Shown here one piece after another: positions 10,755-22,464 of a stretch of 34,642 nucleotides of DNA; the stretch's first letter is position 1, and every line of letters begins with the position of its first letter. The stretch covers positions 1 through 34,642 of the forward strand of contig PWUP01000090.1 in the NCBI GenBank assembly GCA_003562535.1, read 5' to 3'. Source of the DNA: Gammaproteobacteria bacterium. Lineage in GTDB: Bacteria; Pseudomonadota; Gammaproteobacteria; Competibacterales; Competibacteraceae. The translations under genes and the position numbers were made by a program. The notes beneath the pieces are model-generated. The model was not told the origin of the DNA. It was given only the letters and a program-made list of their open reading frames with translations, and did no database searches.

Positions 10755-12677
10755 TTAAGACGCTTTGCGCACCCGCAGATACCATTCCGATAGCAAGCGG
10801 ACTTGTTTGCGGGTGTAGCCCTTTTCTGTCATACGGTTGACAAAATCCTCATGCTTTTTCTGGTCTTCTGCCGAGGATTTCGCCGTAAACGAGATCACCG
10901 GCAACAGTTCTTCCGTGCTGGAAAACATTTTCTTCTCGATCACCGCCCGCAGTTTTTCATAGCTGGTCCAAGCGGGATTCTTGCCTTGGTTGTTGGCACG
11001 CGCCCGCAACACAAAATTGACGATCTCGTTGCGAAAATCCTTGGGGTTGGAAATACCCGCCGGTTTTTCGATTTTCTCCAGTTCGTCGTTCAAGGCTGAG
11101 CGGTCAAAGAACTCGCCAGTTTCCGGATCACGGTATTCTTGATCCTGAATCCAGAAGTCGGCATACGACACATAACGGTCAAACAGATTTTGTCCGTACT
11201 CGGAATAGGATTCCAGATAGGCTTGCTGCAATTCTTTACCGATGAATTCGGCATAGCGTGGGGCTAAATACCCTTTGAGGTAGCCTAGATAACGCTCTTC
11301 GGTTTCTGCTGGGAACTGCTCACGTTCAATCTGGCGCTCCAGAACATACAGCAGATGCACTGGGTTGGCGGCCACTTCGGTGTGATCGAAATTAAACACC
11401 CGCGACAGGATTTTGAACGCAAAGCGGGTAGAAATACCAGTCATGCCCTCATCAACACCGGCATAATCGCGGTATTCTTGCAGTGACTTGGCGCGGGGAT
11501 CGGTGTCTTTGAGGTTTTCGCCGTCATACACCCGCATTTTCGAGAAAATACTGGAATTTTCAGGTTCTTTCAGCCGCGTCAGTACCGAAAACTGCGCCAA
11601 CATTTCCAAGGTGCCGGGCGCACAGGGGGCGTTATCCAGTGAGCTATTACTCAGCAGCTTTTGGTAGATCTGCACTTCTTCAGACACCCGCAAGCAATAG
11701 GGCACCTTAACGATGTACACCCGATCAAGAAAGGCTTCGTTATTTTTATTGTTTCTAAAGCTTTGCCACTCGGCCTCATTGGAATGAGCGAGAATCATGC
11801 CTTCATAGGGTAGGGCGGATAAGCCCTCAGTGCTGTTGTAATTGCCCTCTTGAGTGGCGGTTAACAGCGGATGCAACACCTTAATCGGGGCTTTAAACAT
11901 CTCGACAAATTCGAGCAAGCCGCGGTTGGCGCGACACAGCCCCCCAGAATAGCTGTAGGCGTCAGGATCGTTTTGAGCGTAATGCTCAAGCTGGCGGATA
12001 TCCACCTTACCGACTAAGGAGGAAATATCTTGGTTGTTTTCATCACCTGGCTCGGTTTTGGCTACGGCGATTTGATCCAGCACCGAGGGTTTGAGCTTAA
12101 CCACTTTGAATTGGGTGATGTCACCATTGTATTCATGCAAGCGCTTAACCGCCCAAGGCGACATAATGGTTTTGAGATGGCGGCGCGGGATGCCGTAGTC
12201 CTCTTCCAGTATAGGGCCGTCTTCGTCAGGATCAAACAGACTCAGCGGGGATTCAAACACCGGTGAACCTTGAACCGCATAGAAGGGCAGTTTTTCCATC
12301 AAGGCTTTCAGACGTTCTGCCAGCGACGATTTACCGCCGCCTACCGGCCCGAGCAAATATAAAATTTGCTTTTTCTCTTCTAACCCTTGGGCAGAATGTT
12401 TGAGATAGGAAACGATATGTTCAATCGATTCCTCCATACCATAGAAATCTTTGAATGCTGGATAGATTTTTAGAATTTTATTAGAAAAAATCCGGCTTAA
12501 ACGCGGATCATGGCTGGTATCGACCAGCTCGGGTTCGCCGATCGCCATCAACAAGCGTTCAGCGGCATTGGCATAAACATGGGGATCAGTTTTGCACAAA
12601 TCCAAGTACTCTTGGAGTGTGAGCACCTCTTGTTTACTGACTTCGTAACGTGACTGAAAATGCTTAAAAATACTCAT
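10755..12677 (-). CDS. yeaG: PrkA family serine protein kinase (YeaG homologue)
   Basis: 640 aa with Walker [13 protein letters not shown] and the conserved PrkA C-terminal domain. It is the first gene of the operon. Confidence 0.92.
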   Translation of the reverse strand: MSIFKHFQSRYEVSKQEVLTLQEYLDLCKTDPHVYANAAERLLMAIGEPELVDTSHDPRLSRIFSNKILKIYPAFKDFYGMEESIEHIVSYLKHSAQGLEEKKQILYLLGPVGGGKSSLAERLKALMEKLPFYAVQGSPVFESPLSLFDPDEDGPILEEDYGIPRRHLKTIMSPWAVKRLHEYNGDITQFKVVKLKPSVLDQIAVAKTEPGDENNQDISSLVGKVDIRQLEHYAQNDPDAYSYSGGLCRANRGLLEFVEMFKAPIKVLHPLLTATQEGNYNSTEGLSALPYEGMILAHSNEAEWQSFRNNKNNEAFLDRVYIVKVPYCLRVSEEVQIYQKLLSNSSLDNAPCAPGTLEMLAQFSVLTRLKEPENSSIFSKMRVYDGENLKDTDPRAKSLQEYRDYAGVDEGMTGISTRFAFKILSRVFNFDHTEVAANPVHLLYVLERQIEREQFPAETEERYLGYLKGYLAPRYAEFIGKELQQAYLESYSEYGQNLFDRYVSYADFWIQDQEYRDPETGEFFDRSALNDELEKIEKPAGISNPKDFRNEIVNFVLRARANNQGKNPAWTSYEKLRAVIEKKMFSSTEELLPVISFTAKSSAEDQKKHEDFVNRMTEKGYTRKQVRLLSEWYLRVRKAS

Positions 12678-12738
12678 GGACTGGTGACCTCTCTGGCAAC
12701 ACTGCCGGGTGACCTCAACGGATGACTCAAGTTACGTT

Positions 12739-12754
12739 TGCAATTTACGAGCCA
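12739..12754 (-). promoter_or_regulatory. Candidate sigma54 (-24/-12) promoter of the prkA operon
   Basis: The minus strand reads TGGCTC-GTAAA-TTGCA with correct GG-N10-GC spacing, about 62 nt upstream of the prkA ATG. Confidence 0.5.
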
Positions 12755-12826
12755 TCAGCTTGACAACGCATTAAGCCATCAGGTTCCGAATGCCAGCACC
12801 CATAGGAGTGCGAACCCTTAGGCTGT

Positions 12827-12843
12827 TGCACTTTTTTTGTGCG
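12827..12843. promoter_or_regulatory. NtrC-like enhancer dyad upstream of the prkA sigma54 promoter
   Basis: TGCAC-TTTTTTT-GTGCG fits TGCAC-N7-GTGCA and lies about 75-90 bp upstream of the -24/-12 element. A second, looser dyad GCACC..GTGC lies at about 12796-12811. Confidence 0.35.
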
Positions 12844-12988
12844 ATTCGTAGCTACATTACGGTGCATCGGTATGTGACAATGGCGGTCGTCGCTCTGTAA
12901 ACCATTTTATCAATTTGTCAACAGAGTTCGATTTTATCCGTAAATTTCCGCTAGAATAGTACGATTTAGACCGCACCAATGATTAATC

Positions 12989-14563
12989 ATGCCTGATTCG
13001 AATTCGCTCACTATCCGTCGAGCGCTGCTCAGCGTTTCCGACAAAACCAATATTGTTGATTTTGCAAGTCAATTACACGATCTTAACGTGCAGTTGCTCT
13101 CCACCGGCGGCACCGCCCAGTTATTGCGTGAACGCGGACTGCCGGTTACTGAGATTGCCGACTACACCGGTTTTCCGGAAATCATGGACGGTCGGGTTAA
13201 AACCCTGCATCCGCGCATCCATGCCGGTTTACTCGGGCGACGTGGAATTGACGATGCCGTACTGGCAGAACAGGCCATCGAACCCATCGATCTGCTGGTT
13301 GTTAATTTGTACCCATTTGAACGCACCGTTGCCCAGCCGGATTGTGATTTTGCTACGGCTGTGGAAACTATTGACATCGGCGGACCGGCCATGTTGCGAG
13401 CGGCCGCTAAGAATTATCTCCATGTTGCCGTGGTCACTGACCCCAAACAGTACCTTGAATTAGGCCAAGAATTAACGGCTACGGCTGGCGCTGTCAGTGG
13501 CAACACTCGGCTGCAATTAGCGATTGCTGCGTTCAACCGCGTCGCCCAATACGATGCCGCTATCAGTCATTACTTTTCAGCCCTCAGCGCTGAGGGTCAG
13601 CGGAGTGAATTTCCCGAGCAGTATAATCTTAATGTCATCAAACAAGCGGATCTTCGGTATGGGGAAAATCCTCATCAACAGGCGGCGTTCTACCGTGACG
13701 CCCAACCCGCTGCCGGCACCCTGAGCACTTTTCGACAACGACAGGGTAAAACGCTGTCTTACAATAATATTGCGGATGCGGATGCGGCATGGGAATGCGT
13801 GCGCCAGTTCGAGCAGCCCGCGTGTGTGATTGTGAAACACGCCAATCCCTGTGGGGTTGCAGTGGCTACCGATAGCCGCAGCGCTTACCTCCATGCGTTT
13901 CGTACTGACCCAACTTCGGCCTTTGGTGGCATTATCGCGTTTAATAGTCCAGTTGACGTGGCAACCGCCAAAACCATCATTGAGCGCCAGTTTGTCGAAG
14001 TCATTCTAGCGCCCCGCATCGAACCGGATGCCTTAGTGGTGACGGCCGCTAAGGCCAATATCCGAGTATTGGAAATTCCGGCAGGGCAGGGGAGAAATAC
14101 TCATGATTTTAAACGTATTGGTGGTGGACTACTGATCCAGACCCAAGACACCGCTACGCTCAATCGGGATGCGCTGCGCATCGTCAGTCAACGCCCCCCT
14201 GAACCCCAAGAGCTGGAGGATTTACTGTTTGCATGGCGGGTGGTTAAACAAGTTAAATCCAATGCCATTGTGTACGCACGCAACGGCATGACCCTCGGCA
14301 TCGGTGCAGGGCAAATGAGCCGGGTGATCTCGGCGCGGATTGCGGGTCTTAAGGCTCAAGAAGAAGGCTTGGACATTGCAGGAGCCGTGATGGCTTCCGA
14401 TGCCTTTTTCCCGTTTCGGGACGGTATCGATATCGCAGCGGCGGCTGGAGTGCGTGCTGTGATCCAACCGGGAGGTTCAATCCGTGATGCTGAAGTCATC
14501 GCCGCTGCTGATGAACAGGGGTTGGCTATGGTGTTCACGGGCATCAGGCATTTTCGTCACTAG
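12989..14563 (+). CDS. purH: Bifunctional AICAR transformylase / IMP cyclohydrolase
   Basis: [25 protein letters not shown], and full-length 524-aa PurH architecture. Confidence 0.97.
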   Translation: MPDSNSLTIRRALLSVSDKTNIVDFASQLHDLNVQLLSTGGTAQLLRERGLPVTEIADYTGFPEIMDGRVKTLHPRIHAGLLGRRGIDDAVLAEQAIEPIDLLVVNLYPFERTVAQPDCDFATAVETIDIGGPAMLRAAAKNYLHVAVVTDPKQYLELGQELTATAGAVSGNTRLQLAIAAFNRVAQYDAAISHYFSALSAEGQRSEFPEQYNLNVIKQADLRYGENPHQQAAFYRDAQPAAGTLSTFRQRQGKTLSYNNIADADAAWECVRQFEQPACVIVKHANPCGVAVATDSRSAYLHAFRTDPTSAFGGIIAFNSPVDVATAKTIIERQFVEVILAPRIEPDALVVTAAKANIRVLEIPAGQGRNTHDFKRIGGGLLIQTQDTATLNRDALRIVSQRPPEPQELEDLLFAWRVVKQVKSNAIVYARNGMTLGIGAGQMSRVISARIAGLKAQEEGLDIAGAVMASDAFFPFRDGIDIAAAAGVRAVIQPGGSIRDAEVIAAADEQGLAMVFTGIRHFRH

Positions 14564-14582
14564 CATGTAAACGTGGGTCTCG

Positions 14583-16829
14583 ATGGTCACGGTTGGGCGT
14601 TGCATTGTTATTATTCTGTGGTTAAGCCTCACAGCCGCTAGTGCGGCTTGGGCTCAAACCGGAGCTTTGCCCCTAATCCAGGAAACATTACGCCAGACCA
14701 CGGTAGATCCAACGGCCACCTTGAGTTTGCCCGAACCAACCGCTTTACAGGCCGGCTGGTGGCAGTATTTTCAGCACAGTGAAGAGTCGGTTGTAAACAC
14801 CCGGATTGCGGCCACCTTAGAACGACTCGATGCGTTAGTTGATACTCTACCCGAAGCCTCGCGTGAGGCGGGGCGTGCTTCGGTTGAGTTGGTGCGGGCG
14901 AATTTACTGACACTACCACAAATTCGTGCGCAAACCGCCCCACAACCGCCTGCCCCACCCCCGTATGCGCGTGACTACACCATCACGCAAATGCTGGAAT
15001 TGAGCGAACAACTGCGGCAAGTACGTGCGAATCGCGATGCATTAGCCCCGGAGATTGCTGCGGCTGAAAATGCTATCAGTGCAGTAGGACGCCGTCTGGA
15101 TAACTTAATGGCGGGTTATTTAGCACTGCGCTCCAGCAACCCAGAACGGGCTTTGCAGGGATTAGAAATCATGGCGGAGCGCACGTCCTTGATGCTCACC
15201 GAAGAGCGCTTACGCATTGAGCGGGCCGAACTCCGAGTATTACAAGTGCGTGCCAGTCAACTGGCCGATGAATTCGAAGTGGCGCGTAATCGCTTATCCG
15301 CCACTTGGGGTGATTTATTACAGATCGATCTGGATATTGCTGATATCCAAGCCGAGTTGGAAGCCGCTCAAGGACGCCTAGTACGCGAACAGTCCACCGC
15401 CACACAAATCGTTGGTAGCTCACCGGCTGATCGAGCCACCGGACAATACCGCCAGCAACGAGTCATCAAGGCAGCGATTGATGAGGCTGAGATTCGCCTG
15501 CGTTTGCACCGCTTGCACATGCAACGTCACTTGACACAACTGCTACTGGATCAAGCCGTTGAAACCTTAGCTTTGCGGAACCAACTGGAACGTTGGTTAG
15601 CGGAACATAACGATCTCGACCATCAAATGCAAATCTGGCGCAATAATAGCGAACGTGAACGCAGCCGCGCCGGATTGGCCATTGCCTCATCCGATGAAAT
15701 CGGTACACCGGATTATAGTCGATTGATTGTGCTCAACCAAGACCGGTTCCGCCTAGCGCAAAATAGCCTAGTCGCCCTAGAACGGTTACAGAGCCTAGTT
15801 CAGCAAAATCGGCGTCTTTTAGAACAAATTGATGTCGAACTCTTACAGTTAGAAGGTTGGTTGCGAAGCTGGTTGGCGTGGTCCAAATTACGTGCCCAAG
15901 ATGTCGTCCAAGGTGCCAGTGGCTGGATTCATACCAGTTTGTTCCGTATTGCCGACACGCCAGTAACCGCTATGGGCTTGCTGCGCGTTTTGTTAATCAT
16001 CACCGTAGCGTGGCTGTTTTCTTATCTCTTACGCCGCGCACTCACCCGACTGAGTGAACGCAGTGATAGCCGTAATTTACCCGCGTTTTATACCGTTGGG
16101 CGCTTATCCCATTATGTGCTGATCATTGCCGGGGTGTTAATGGGCCTGTCCTCTGTGGGCATGGATTTTACCAACTTTGCCCTGATTGCTGGTGCATTAG
16201 CGCTCGGTATCGGCTTTGGTTTGCAGGCCATAGTCAATAATTTCATATCCGGTTTGATTTTATTGTTTGAACGCAGTTTAAAAGTCGGTGATTTCGTCGA
16301 ACTGGGTTCCAATATTGCGGGCGAGGTGGTCTCGGGTGAAGTGAAGGCCATTAATGTACGCAGCACTCATATCAAAACGAATGAAAATATTGATATTGTC
16401 GTACCCAACTCGGCCTTTATGACCAACAATGTCGTCAACTGGACCTTGCAAGAACCGTATCGGCGGGTGCATTACCCGTTCCGAGTTGCGTTTGGTGTAA
16501 GCAAGGAGTTGGTGCGTAAAGCAGGACTCGAAGCCGCCGAGAAAGTCCCGCATACGCTAAGCGGCTTACCCGGCAAAAACCCTCAAGTCTGGCTAGTGGG
16601 TTATGGAGAAAACGGTTATATTTTCGAGCTGGTGGTGTGGTTGACGCCGAGCGCGGTTAAGCGCCCCCAAGCGGTGCAAGCCGCTTTTTACTGGGAGCTG
16701 GAAACGGCATTACAGAAGTATCAAATCGAAGTGCCAGTGCCACAACGCGATTTGCGGCTGCGCGAGTGGCCATCAGGCTGGTCGGTCACAACCCCTACCG
16801 AAACCAGCCTGCCACCACGCTCAGTATAA
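14583..16829 (+). CDS. Mechanosensitive ion channel, MscK/KefA-like (MscS family with a long periplasmic coiled-coil N-domain)
   Basis: Signal peptide, a Gln/Leu/Arg-rich coiled-coil region of about 430 aa, TM helices, and an MscS core (ALGIGFGLQAIVNNFISGLILLFERSLKVGDFVE). Confidence 0.85.
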   Translation: MVTVGRCIVIILWLSLTAASAAWAQTGALPLIQETLRQTTVDPTATLSLPEPTALQAGWWQYFQHSEESVVNTRIAATLERLDALVDTLPEASREAGRASVELVRANLLTLPQIRAQTAPQPPAPPPYARDYTITQMLELSEQLRQVRANRDALAPEIAAAENAISAVGRRLDNLMAGYLALRSSNPERALQGLEIMAERTSLMLTEERLRIERAELRVLQVRASQLADEFEVARNRLSATWGDLLQIDLDIADIQAELEAAQGRLVREQSTATQIVGSSPADRATGQYRQQRVIKAAIDEAEIRLRLHRLHMQRHLTQLLLDQAVETLALRNQLERWLAEHNDLDHQMQIWRNNSERERSRAGLAIASSDEIGTPDYSRLIVLNQDRFRLAQNSLVALERLQSLVQQNRRLLEQIDVELLQLEGWLRSWLAWSKLRAQDVVQGASGWIHTSLFRIADTPVTAMGLLRVLLIITVAWLFSYLLRRALTRLSERSDSRNLPAFYTVGRLSHYVLIIAGVLMGLSSVGMDFTNFALIAGALALGIGFGLQAIVNNFISGLILLFERSLKVGDFVELGSNIAGEVVSGEVKAINVRSTHIKTNENIDIVVPNSAFMTNNVVNWTLQEPYRRVHYPFRVAFGVSKELVRKAGLEAAEKVPHTLSGLPGKNPQVWLVGYGENGYIFELVVWLTPSAVKRPQAVQAAFYWELETALQKYQIEVPVPQRDLRLREWPSGWSVTTPTETSLPPRSV

Positions 16830-16831
16830 TC

Positions 16832-17173
<342 letters not shown>

Positions 17174-17216
17174 TTAAACCTCTAGCAAGACGGGCTGACA
17201 ACTATAACCGAACAGC

Positions 17217-17243
17217 GACGGCAGCCGCTAGGGACTGCCGTCG
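17217..17243 (-). other. GC-rich hairpin between amtB and the downstream P-II gene
   Basis: CGACGGCAG-N9-CTGCCGTCG has a 9-bp stem and lies in the 96-bp amtB/glnK gap. There is no clear U-tract. Confidence 0.3.
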
Positions 17244-17266
17244 TGTCGCATTAGGGTAACGGCTGA

Positions 17267-18523
17267 TTACGACGCCTTACCTGCGGTAAAGTCAGGATAG
17301 GCTTCTAAGCCACATTCATGGACATCCAAACCGTCGTATTCTTCTTCGGCACTCACCCGAATACCGATAATACCCTTGATTAATCCCCAGATCAGGAAAC
17401 TGGAGAAGAACACAAAGCCAAAGATCACACCGATACCGGTTAACTGAGCCTGCCACGTTGCATCGGGGTTGCTGAGCAATACGGCCAACAAGCCCCAAAT
17501 ACCGACGACACCGTGTACTGAAATCGCTCCGACCGGATCATCAATGCGCAGTTTGTCAAATGTGACAATGGACAATACCACAATCAGGCCACCGACGGCA
17601 CCAATCATGGCGGCCAAACCAGGGGTTGGAGTCAGCGGTTCAGCCGTGATGGCGACCAAACCGGCCAAAGCGCCGTTCAATGCCATCGTAAGATCGGCCT
17701 TGCCAAATAAAATGCGCGCCACCACTAAGGCGGTCACCAGACCGGCAGCGGCCGACATATTGGTATTGACAAAGACCATGGCGACATTATTGGCCGATTC
17801 GACATCGGAGAGCTTGAGTTCTGATCCGCCATTAAAGCCGAACCAGCCCAGCCACAGAATCAAGGTGCCTAGAGCGGCTAAGGGCATATTGGCACCGGGA
17901 ATGGGATTGATCTGACCTTTCGGGCCGTATTTACCTTTGCGCGGACCAAGCAGCAAGACACCCGCTAACGCGGCTGATGCACCCGCCATGTGGACGATAC
18001 CCGAGCCAGCAAAATCAAGATAGCCTAACTCGTCCAGAAAGCCTTCGCCCCAGGTCCAATAGCCTTGCAGCGGATAAATTACTCCAGTAAATATAACGGC
18101 AAACAACAAAAATGACCAAAGTTTCATGCGCTCGGCAACCGCACCGGACACAATCGACATTGCCGTCGCTACAAAGACCACTTGGAAGAAGAAGTCGGAA
18201 AGATTGGAGTAATAGGGCGCATCGTCACCACCAGCCACGACCTCGGCGACGGTATTATCCCCGCCTAACAGCAGCGACACATAGGGGAAAAAGCTATTAA
18301 ATGCGCCTTCTGGATACATGATATTATAACCAATAATCATGTACATTAAGCACGCTATGGAATAAAGGGCAACGTTTTTAGTCAGAATTTCAGCGGTATT
18401 TTTAGCTCGCACCAGACCCGATTCGAGCATGGTAAAGCCGGCCGCCATCCACATCACCAGCGCCCCCGACATCAGAAAGTAAAAGGTGTCTAGGGCATAA
18501 CTCAGTTCTCTAATTTCGTCCAC
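17267..18523 (-). CDS. amtB: Ammonium transporter
   Basis: 418 aa with 11 TM helices. Amt signatures are present (FAGSGIVHMAGASAALAG, DDPVGAISVHGVVGIWG). GTG start with a GAGG RBS. Confidence 0.95.
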   Translation of the reverse strand: MDEIRELSYALDTFYFLMSGALVMWMAAGFTMLESGLVRAKNTAEILTKNVALYSIACLMYMIIGYNIMYPEGAFNSFFPYVSLLLGGDNTVAEVVAGGDDAPYYSNLSDFFFQVVFVATAMSIVSGAVAERMKLWSFLLFAVIFTGVIYPLQGYWTWGEGFLDELGYLDFAGSGIVHMAGASAALAGVLLLGPRKGKYGPKGQINPIPGANMPLAALGTLILWLGWFGFNGGSELKLSDVESANNVAMVFVNTNMSAAAGLVTALVVARILFGKADLTMALNGALAGLVAITAEPLTPTPGLAAMIGAVGGLIVVLSIVTFDKLRIDDPVGAISVHGVVGIWGLLAVLLSNPDATWQAQLTGIGVIFGFVFFSSFLIWGLIKGIIGIRVSAEEEYDGLDVHECGLEAYPDFTAGKAS

Positions 18524-18576
18524 AGTTGAACCTCACTTGTTATGACGGATTGTTAATATCGATGGGTTTGAAACTC

Positions 18577-18951
<375 letters not shown>

Positions 18952-19018
18952 TCATAGTAGTGATAGTGCATAGCCAACTCCTGATGAATACGTAAACAAT
19001 GATTCGGTAGGGTCGGAA

Positions 19019-19035
19019 TTGCACAGGCTATGCCA
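19019..19035 (-). promoter_or_regulatory. Candidate sigma54 promoter of glnK-amtB-glnK
   Basis: The minus strand reads TGGCAT-AGCCT-GTGCAA with correct GG-N10-GC spacing, about 105 nt upstream of the glnK start. Confidence 0.55.
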
Positions 19036-19042
19036 TTTACAG

Positions 19043-19055
19043 TAAAATTTTGATT
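19043..19055 (-). promoter_or_regulatory. IHF-like site between the enhancer and the sigma54 promoter
   Basis: The minus strand reads AATCAAAATTTTA, which fits WATCAANNNNTTR, and it sits in an AT-rich tract. Confidence 0.35.
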
Positions 19056-19133
19056 TTTAAAAATATGCACACTGTATCTAGGTGTGCGGCTGTCAGCACT
19101 ATGCGCTGTGTTAAAGCATTGAGGGTAGGTGTT

Positions 19134-19150
19134 TGCATTATTTTGGTGCA
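19134..19150. promoter_or_regulatory. NtrC-like enhancer dyad upstream of glnK
   Basis: TGCATTATTTTGGTGCA (reverse complement TGCACC-AAAAT-AATGCA) matches TGCAC-N7-GTGCA at 9 of 10 positions. It lies about 100-115 bp upstream of the -24/-12 element. A further inverted repeat GCACAC-N9-GTGTGC lies at about 19067-19087. Confidence 0.4.
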
Positions 19151-19221
19151 AACTTGGTTCTTTACCGAGATCGCTTTATGCTGGTTGTTCGGTAAATCAC
19201 GATTTTTAGCGAGGCATATCC

Positions 19222-19503
19222 ATGATTGATCCCAAACAGTTTGACCAACAATTTGATGACATGGCCAAACGCCTGACGGAAGCCTTACCGCCAGGCATGC
19301 GTCAAGTTCAATCTGATGTTGAGAAAAATATTCGTGCCGGATTACATTCTTTATTCTCGCGCATGGATCTCGTCACGCGGGAAGAATTTGAAGTTCAACA
19401 AGCGGTATTGGAGCGCACCCGCAGCCGCCTCGAAGCCCTAGAACGCCAGGTGGCTTTGCTAGAACAGCAGCTTGCAACCGGTAACGACTCCTCGGCACAA
19501 TGA
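19222..19503 (+). CDS. ubiK: Ubiquinone biosynthesis accessory factor UbiK (YqiC/BMFP family)
   Basis: 93-aa coiled-coil protein with ...MDLVTREEFEVQQAVLERTRSRLEALE... typical of YqiC/UbiK. It overlaps ubiA by 4 nt. Confidence 0.75.
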   Translation: MIDPKQFDQQFDDMAKRLTEALPPGMRQVQSDVEKNIRAGLHSLFSRMDLVTREEFEVQQAVLERTRSRLEALERQVALLEQQLATGNDSSAQ

Positions 19504-20408
19504 GCCAACCGTTCGACCTCACTCCCGAATCGGTCCCCCGCCTGACCGTCAAGGAACGCGCTTGGGAATACGCGCGACTCATGCGCTGGGATCGACCCAT
19601 CGGCGCTTTGTTGCTGCTCTGGCCGACATTATGGGCACTGTGGCTGGCGGGCAATGGCCAGCCGCAGCAGTCCATTGTGGTGATTTTCCTCCTCGGTGTG
19701 TGGGTGATGCGCTCGGCGGGTTGTGTGATTAACGATTTAGCCGATCGGCGCTTTGACCCCTTTGTCGAACGCACCCGTGACCGCCCGCTGGCCAGCGGGC
19801 GAGTGAGTGTGCGCGAAGCGTTGCTGTTAACCGGCGTATTACTCCTGATCGCTTTAGGACTGGCGCTATTACTTAACCGCCTAACAGTAATGTTGGCTGT
19901 GGTAGGAGCAGTATTGGCGGTGATTTATCCGTTTATGAAACGCTTCCACCATTTACCCCAGGCGAATCTCGGACTGGCGTTCAGTTGGAGCATCCCGATG
20001 GCCTATGCCGCCTTGACCGACAGCGTGCCGGCCAGTGCTTGGTTATTATTCATCGCCAATATGCTGTGGGTACTGGTTTACGATACCGAATATGCGATGG
20101 CGGATCGCGACGATGACCTCAAAATTGGCCTTAAATCGTCAGCGATTTTGTTTGGTCAATATGATCGCATTCTGATCGGCAGCCTCCAAACCCTGACCGT
20201 ACTGCTGCTGGCCGCCGTAGGCTGGGTCAACAGTCTCGGAAGTCTGTATTATCTGGGGTTATGCGGAGCAGTAGGATTATTCGTGTATCATCAGGTGTTG
20301 ATCCGTCACCGTGATCGCCGTCAGTGTTTCCAAGCGTTTCTGAACAATAATGCGGTGGGGCTGTGCATATTTTGTGGCCTATTGCTAGCCCTATTGCCCC
20401 AATATTGA
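19500..20408 (+). CDS. ubiA: 4-hydroxybenzoate polyprenyltransferase
   Basis: NDLADRRFD and [13 protein letters not shown] Asp-rich motifs, with multiple TM helices. Confidence 0.93.
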   Translation: MSQPFDLTPESVPRLTVKERAWEYARLMRWDRPIGALLLLWPTLWALWLAGNGQPQQSIVVIFLLGVWVMRSAGCVINDLADRRFDPFVERTRDRPLASGRVSVREALLLTGVLLLIALGLALLLNRLTVMLAVVGAVLAVIYPFMKRFHHLPQANLGLAFSWSIPMAYAALTDSVPASAWLLFIANMLWVLVYDTEYAMADRDDDLKIGLKSSAILFGQYDRILIGSLQTLTVLLLAAVGWVNSLGSLYYLGLCGAVGLFVYHQVLIRHRDRRQCFQAFLNNNAVGLCIFCGLLLALLPQY

Positions 20409-20448
20409 GTACACTGAGCCATTCTGGAATTGCGATAACGGCTTATCC

Positions 20449-21042
20449 ATGTCAGCACGTAAAGTCACGATTGAACGCGCCACGCTGGAAACTCAAATCC
20501 GAGTCCGTTTAGATTTGGACGGTACGGGTGAGGCCAAGTTGAGCAGTGGAATTGGATTTTTTGATCACATGCTGGAGCAAATCGCCCGCCACGGGCTGAT
20601 TGACTTAAGCATTGAGGCCACAGGCGATAGGCACATCGACGACCATCACACCGTTGAGGATATTGGCATTACCCTTGGCCAAGCCCTGGCGCAGGCCGTG
20701 GGTGATAAACAGGGCATTCAGCGCTACGGATACGCCTATGTCCCCTTGGATGAGGCGCTGTCTCGGGTGGTGATCGATTTTTCTGGGCGCCCCGGTCTTG
20801 AATACCAAGTTCACTTCCCGCGCGAACGTATCGGTCAGTTTGATGTGGATTTAATCCAAGAATTCTTTCAAGGCGTGGTCAACCATGCGGGGGTGACCTT
20901 GCATATCGATACTCTGCGCGGACGTAATGCGCATCATATCGCCGAAACGCTGTTTAAAGCTTACGGACGGGCGCTGCGCATGGCTGTGGAGCCTGACCCA
21001 CGGCGGGCTAACCGCATTCCATCGACTAAAGGCGTACTCTGA
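20449..21042 (+). CDS. hisB: Imidazoleglycerol-phosphate dehydratase
   Basis: 197 aa with [20 protein letters not shown] and NAHHIAE motifs. Confidence 0.96.
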   Translation: MSARKVTIERATLETQIRVRLDLDGTGEAKLSSGIGFFDHMLEQIARHGLIDLSIEATGDRHIDDHHTVEDIGITLGQALAQAVGDKQGIQRYGYAYVPLDEALSRVVIDFSGRPGLEYQVHFPRERIGQFDVDLIQEFFQGVVNHAGVTLHIDTLRGRNAHHIAETLFKAYGRALRMAVEPDPRRANRIPSTKGVL

Positions 21043-21050
21043 GAGCACTG

Positions 21051-21695
21051 ATGGCGACTATTGCTGTGATTGACTATGGGATGGGTAATCTGCATTCCGT
21101 TGCCCGCGCCTTAAATCATGTGGCCCCGCGGGCACAAGTGACGGTGACTCAAGATCCTCAGGTAATCCTCGGCGCTGATCGGGTGGTGTTCCCCGGTCAA
21201 GGGGCGATGCGTGACTGCATGAGTGAGTTGCAACGCCATGATTTAATTGACGTGATCAGCACAGCCGCCCGTACTCGGCCTTTTCTCGGTCTGTGTTTAG
21301 GGCCACAAGCCCTGCTGACCCACAGCGAAGAAAATGGCGGGGTCGCTGGGCTGAATATTTTGCCAGGGCGCAGTCTATGGTTTGGCCATCACTTGCGCTC
21401 CGCTGCCTTAGCGAACCAGCATCTGAAAATCCCCCATATGGGCTGGAACCGTGTCCACCAAACTCGTCCGCATCCGCTGTGGACCTCCATTGCCCAAGAT
21501 AGCCGGTTTTACTTTGTTCACAGTTATTATTTGCTGCCGGATGAGCCGACCTTAACCGCCGGTTTAACCGATTATGGCTTCGAGTTTACTTCTGTTATGG
21601 CTAAAGATAATGTGTTTGCCGTGCAATTCCACCCCGAGAAAAGCGCCGCAGCGGGATTACAACTGCTTGCTAATTTTAGCTGCTGGCACCCCTGA
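21051..21695 (+). CDS. hisH: Imidazole glycerol phosphate synthase, glutamine amidotransferase subunit
   Basis: IAVIDYGMGNLHSV, GLCLG (catalytic Cys) and FHPEKS. Confidence 0.95.
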   Translation: MATIAVIDYGMGNLHSVARALNHVAPRAQVTVTQDPQVILGADRVVFPGQGAMRDCMSELQRHDLIDVISTAARTRPFLGLCLGPQALLTHSEENGGVAGLNILPGRSLWFGHHLRSAALANQHLKIPHMGWNRVHQTRPHPLWTSIAQDSRFYFVHSYYLLPDEPTLTAGLTDYGFEFTSVMAKDNVFAVQFHPEKSAAAGLQLLANFSCWHP

Positions 21696-21731
21696 TTCAC
21701 TGATCCCATTGCCTTGAGTGGAGAATCTGAG

Positions 21732-22463
21732 ATGCTCCTGATTCCAGCCATCGACCTTAAAGACGGCCAGTGTGTACGTTTACGCCAAGGTCGCATGGAC
21801 GATGTTACTGTGTTTTCTGATGATCCTGTTGCTGTAGCCGATCGTTGGGTCGCCGCAGGTGCCCAACGACTGCATTTGGTTGATTTAGATGGTGCGGCCA
21901 GTGGCCAACCCGTCAATACCGAGAGCATTCGCCGTATTGTGGCTCAACATCCCGATCTGCCTATCCAAATTGGCGGAGGGATTCGTACAACGGAAGACGC
22001 GGAAGTTTACATGGAACTCGGTGTTCGCTATTTAATTATCGGCACCCGTGCGGTGCGTGAGCCTTATTTTGTCAAAGATTTATGTTTGGAATTTCCTGGA
22101 CATATCTTCGTCGGTCTGGACGCAAAAGATGGCCGAGTGGCGGTAAATGGTTGGTCTAAGCTCTCGCGCCACGATGTGATCGATATCGCCAAGGTCTTTG
22201 AACGCGATGGGGTTGAGGCCATTATTTACACCGATATCAGTCGCGATGGCATGATGGCCGGAGTCAGCTTAGACTCTACAGTGCGCCTGGCTCAAGCGAT
22301 TAATATCCCGGTCATCGCCTCTGGGGGGGTGACTAATTTGGACGATATTCGCGCCTTATGTGCGGTAGAAGACGAAGGGATCAGTGGGGTGATTATCGGT
22401 CGGGCGTTGTATGAGGGTACGCTGGACCTGGCCGCAGCCCAACGCTTGGTGGATGGGTCTTAG
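21732..22463 (+). CDS. hisA: ProFAR isomerase
   Basis: [18 protein letters not shown]-terminus. The start is taken at ATG 21732 rather than the upstream TTG at 21714. Confidence 0.93.
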   Translation: MLLIPAIDLKDGQCVRLRQGRMDDVTVFSDDPVAVADRWVAAGAQRLHLVDLDGAASGQPVNTESIRRIVAQHPDLPIQIGGGIRTTEDAEVYMELGVRYLIIGTRAVREPYFVKDLCLEFPGHIFVGLDAKDGRVAVNGWSKLSRHDVIDIAKVFERDGVEAIIYTDISRDGMMAGVSLDSTVRLAQAINIPVIASGGVTNLDDIRALCAVEDEGISGVIIGRALYEGTLDLAAAQRLVDGS

Positions 22464-22464
22464 T

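Noticed and set aside
12781-12797. A second possible sigma54 -24 element (minus strand CTGGCATTCGGAACCT) upstream of prkA
   Set aside because: It has no TTGC/GC element at the required -12 spacing, and the site at 12739-12754 fits much better.
19373-19774. 133-aa minus-strand ORF overlapping ubiK/ubiA, and similar antisense ORFs inside amtB (17469-17915), purH, prkA and glyS
   Set aside because: They are embedded opposite strongly supported conserved genes, resemble no protein family I recognise, and show the composition typical of antisense frames.
20443-20451. Possible oriC, given the parS cluster; looked for DnaA boxes (TTATCCACA) and AT-rich unwinding repeats
   Set aside because: I noticed only isolated near-matches (e.g. 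TTATCCATG at 20443-20451). There is no cluster of boxes, no 13-mer repeats, and no intergenic region long enough, so there is no support for an origin inside this window.
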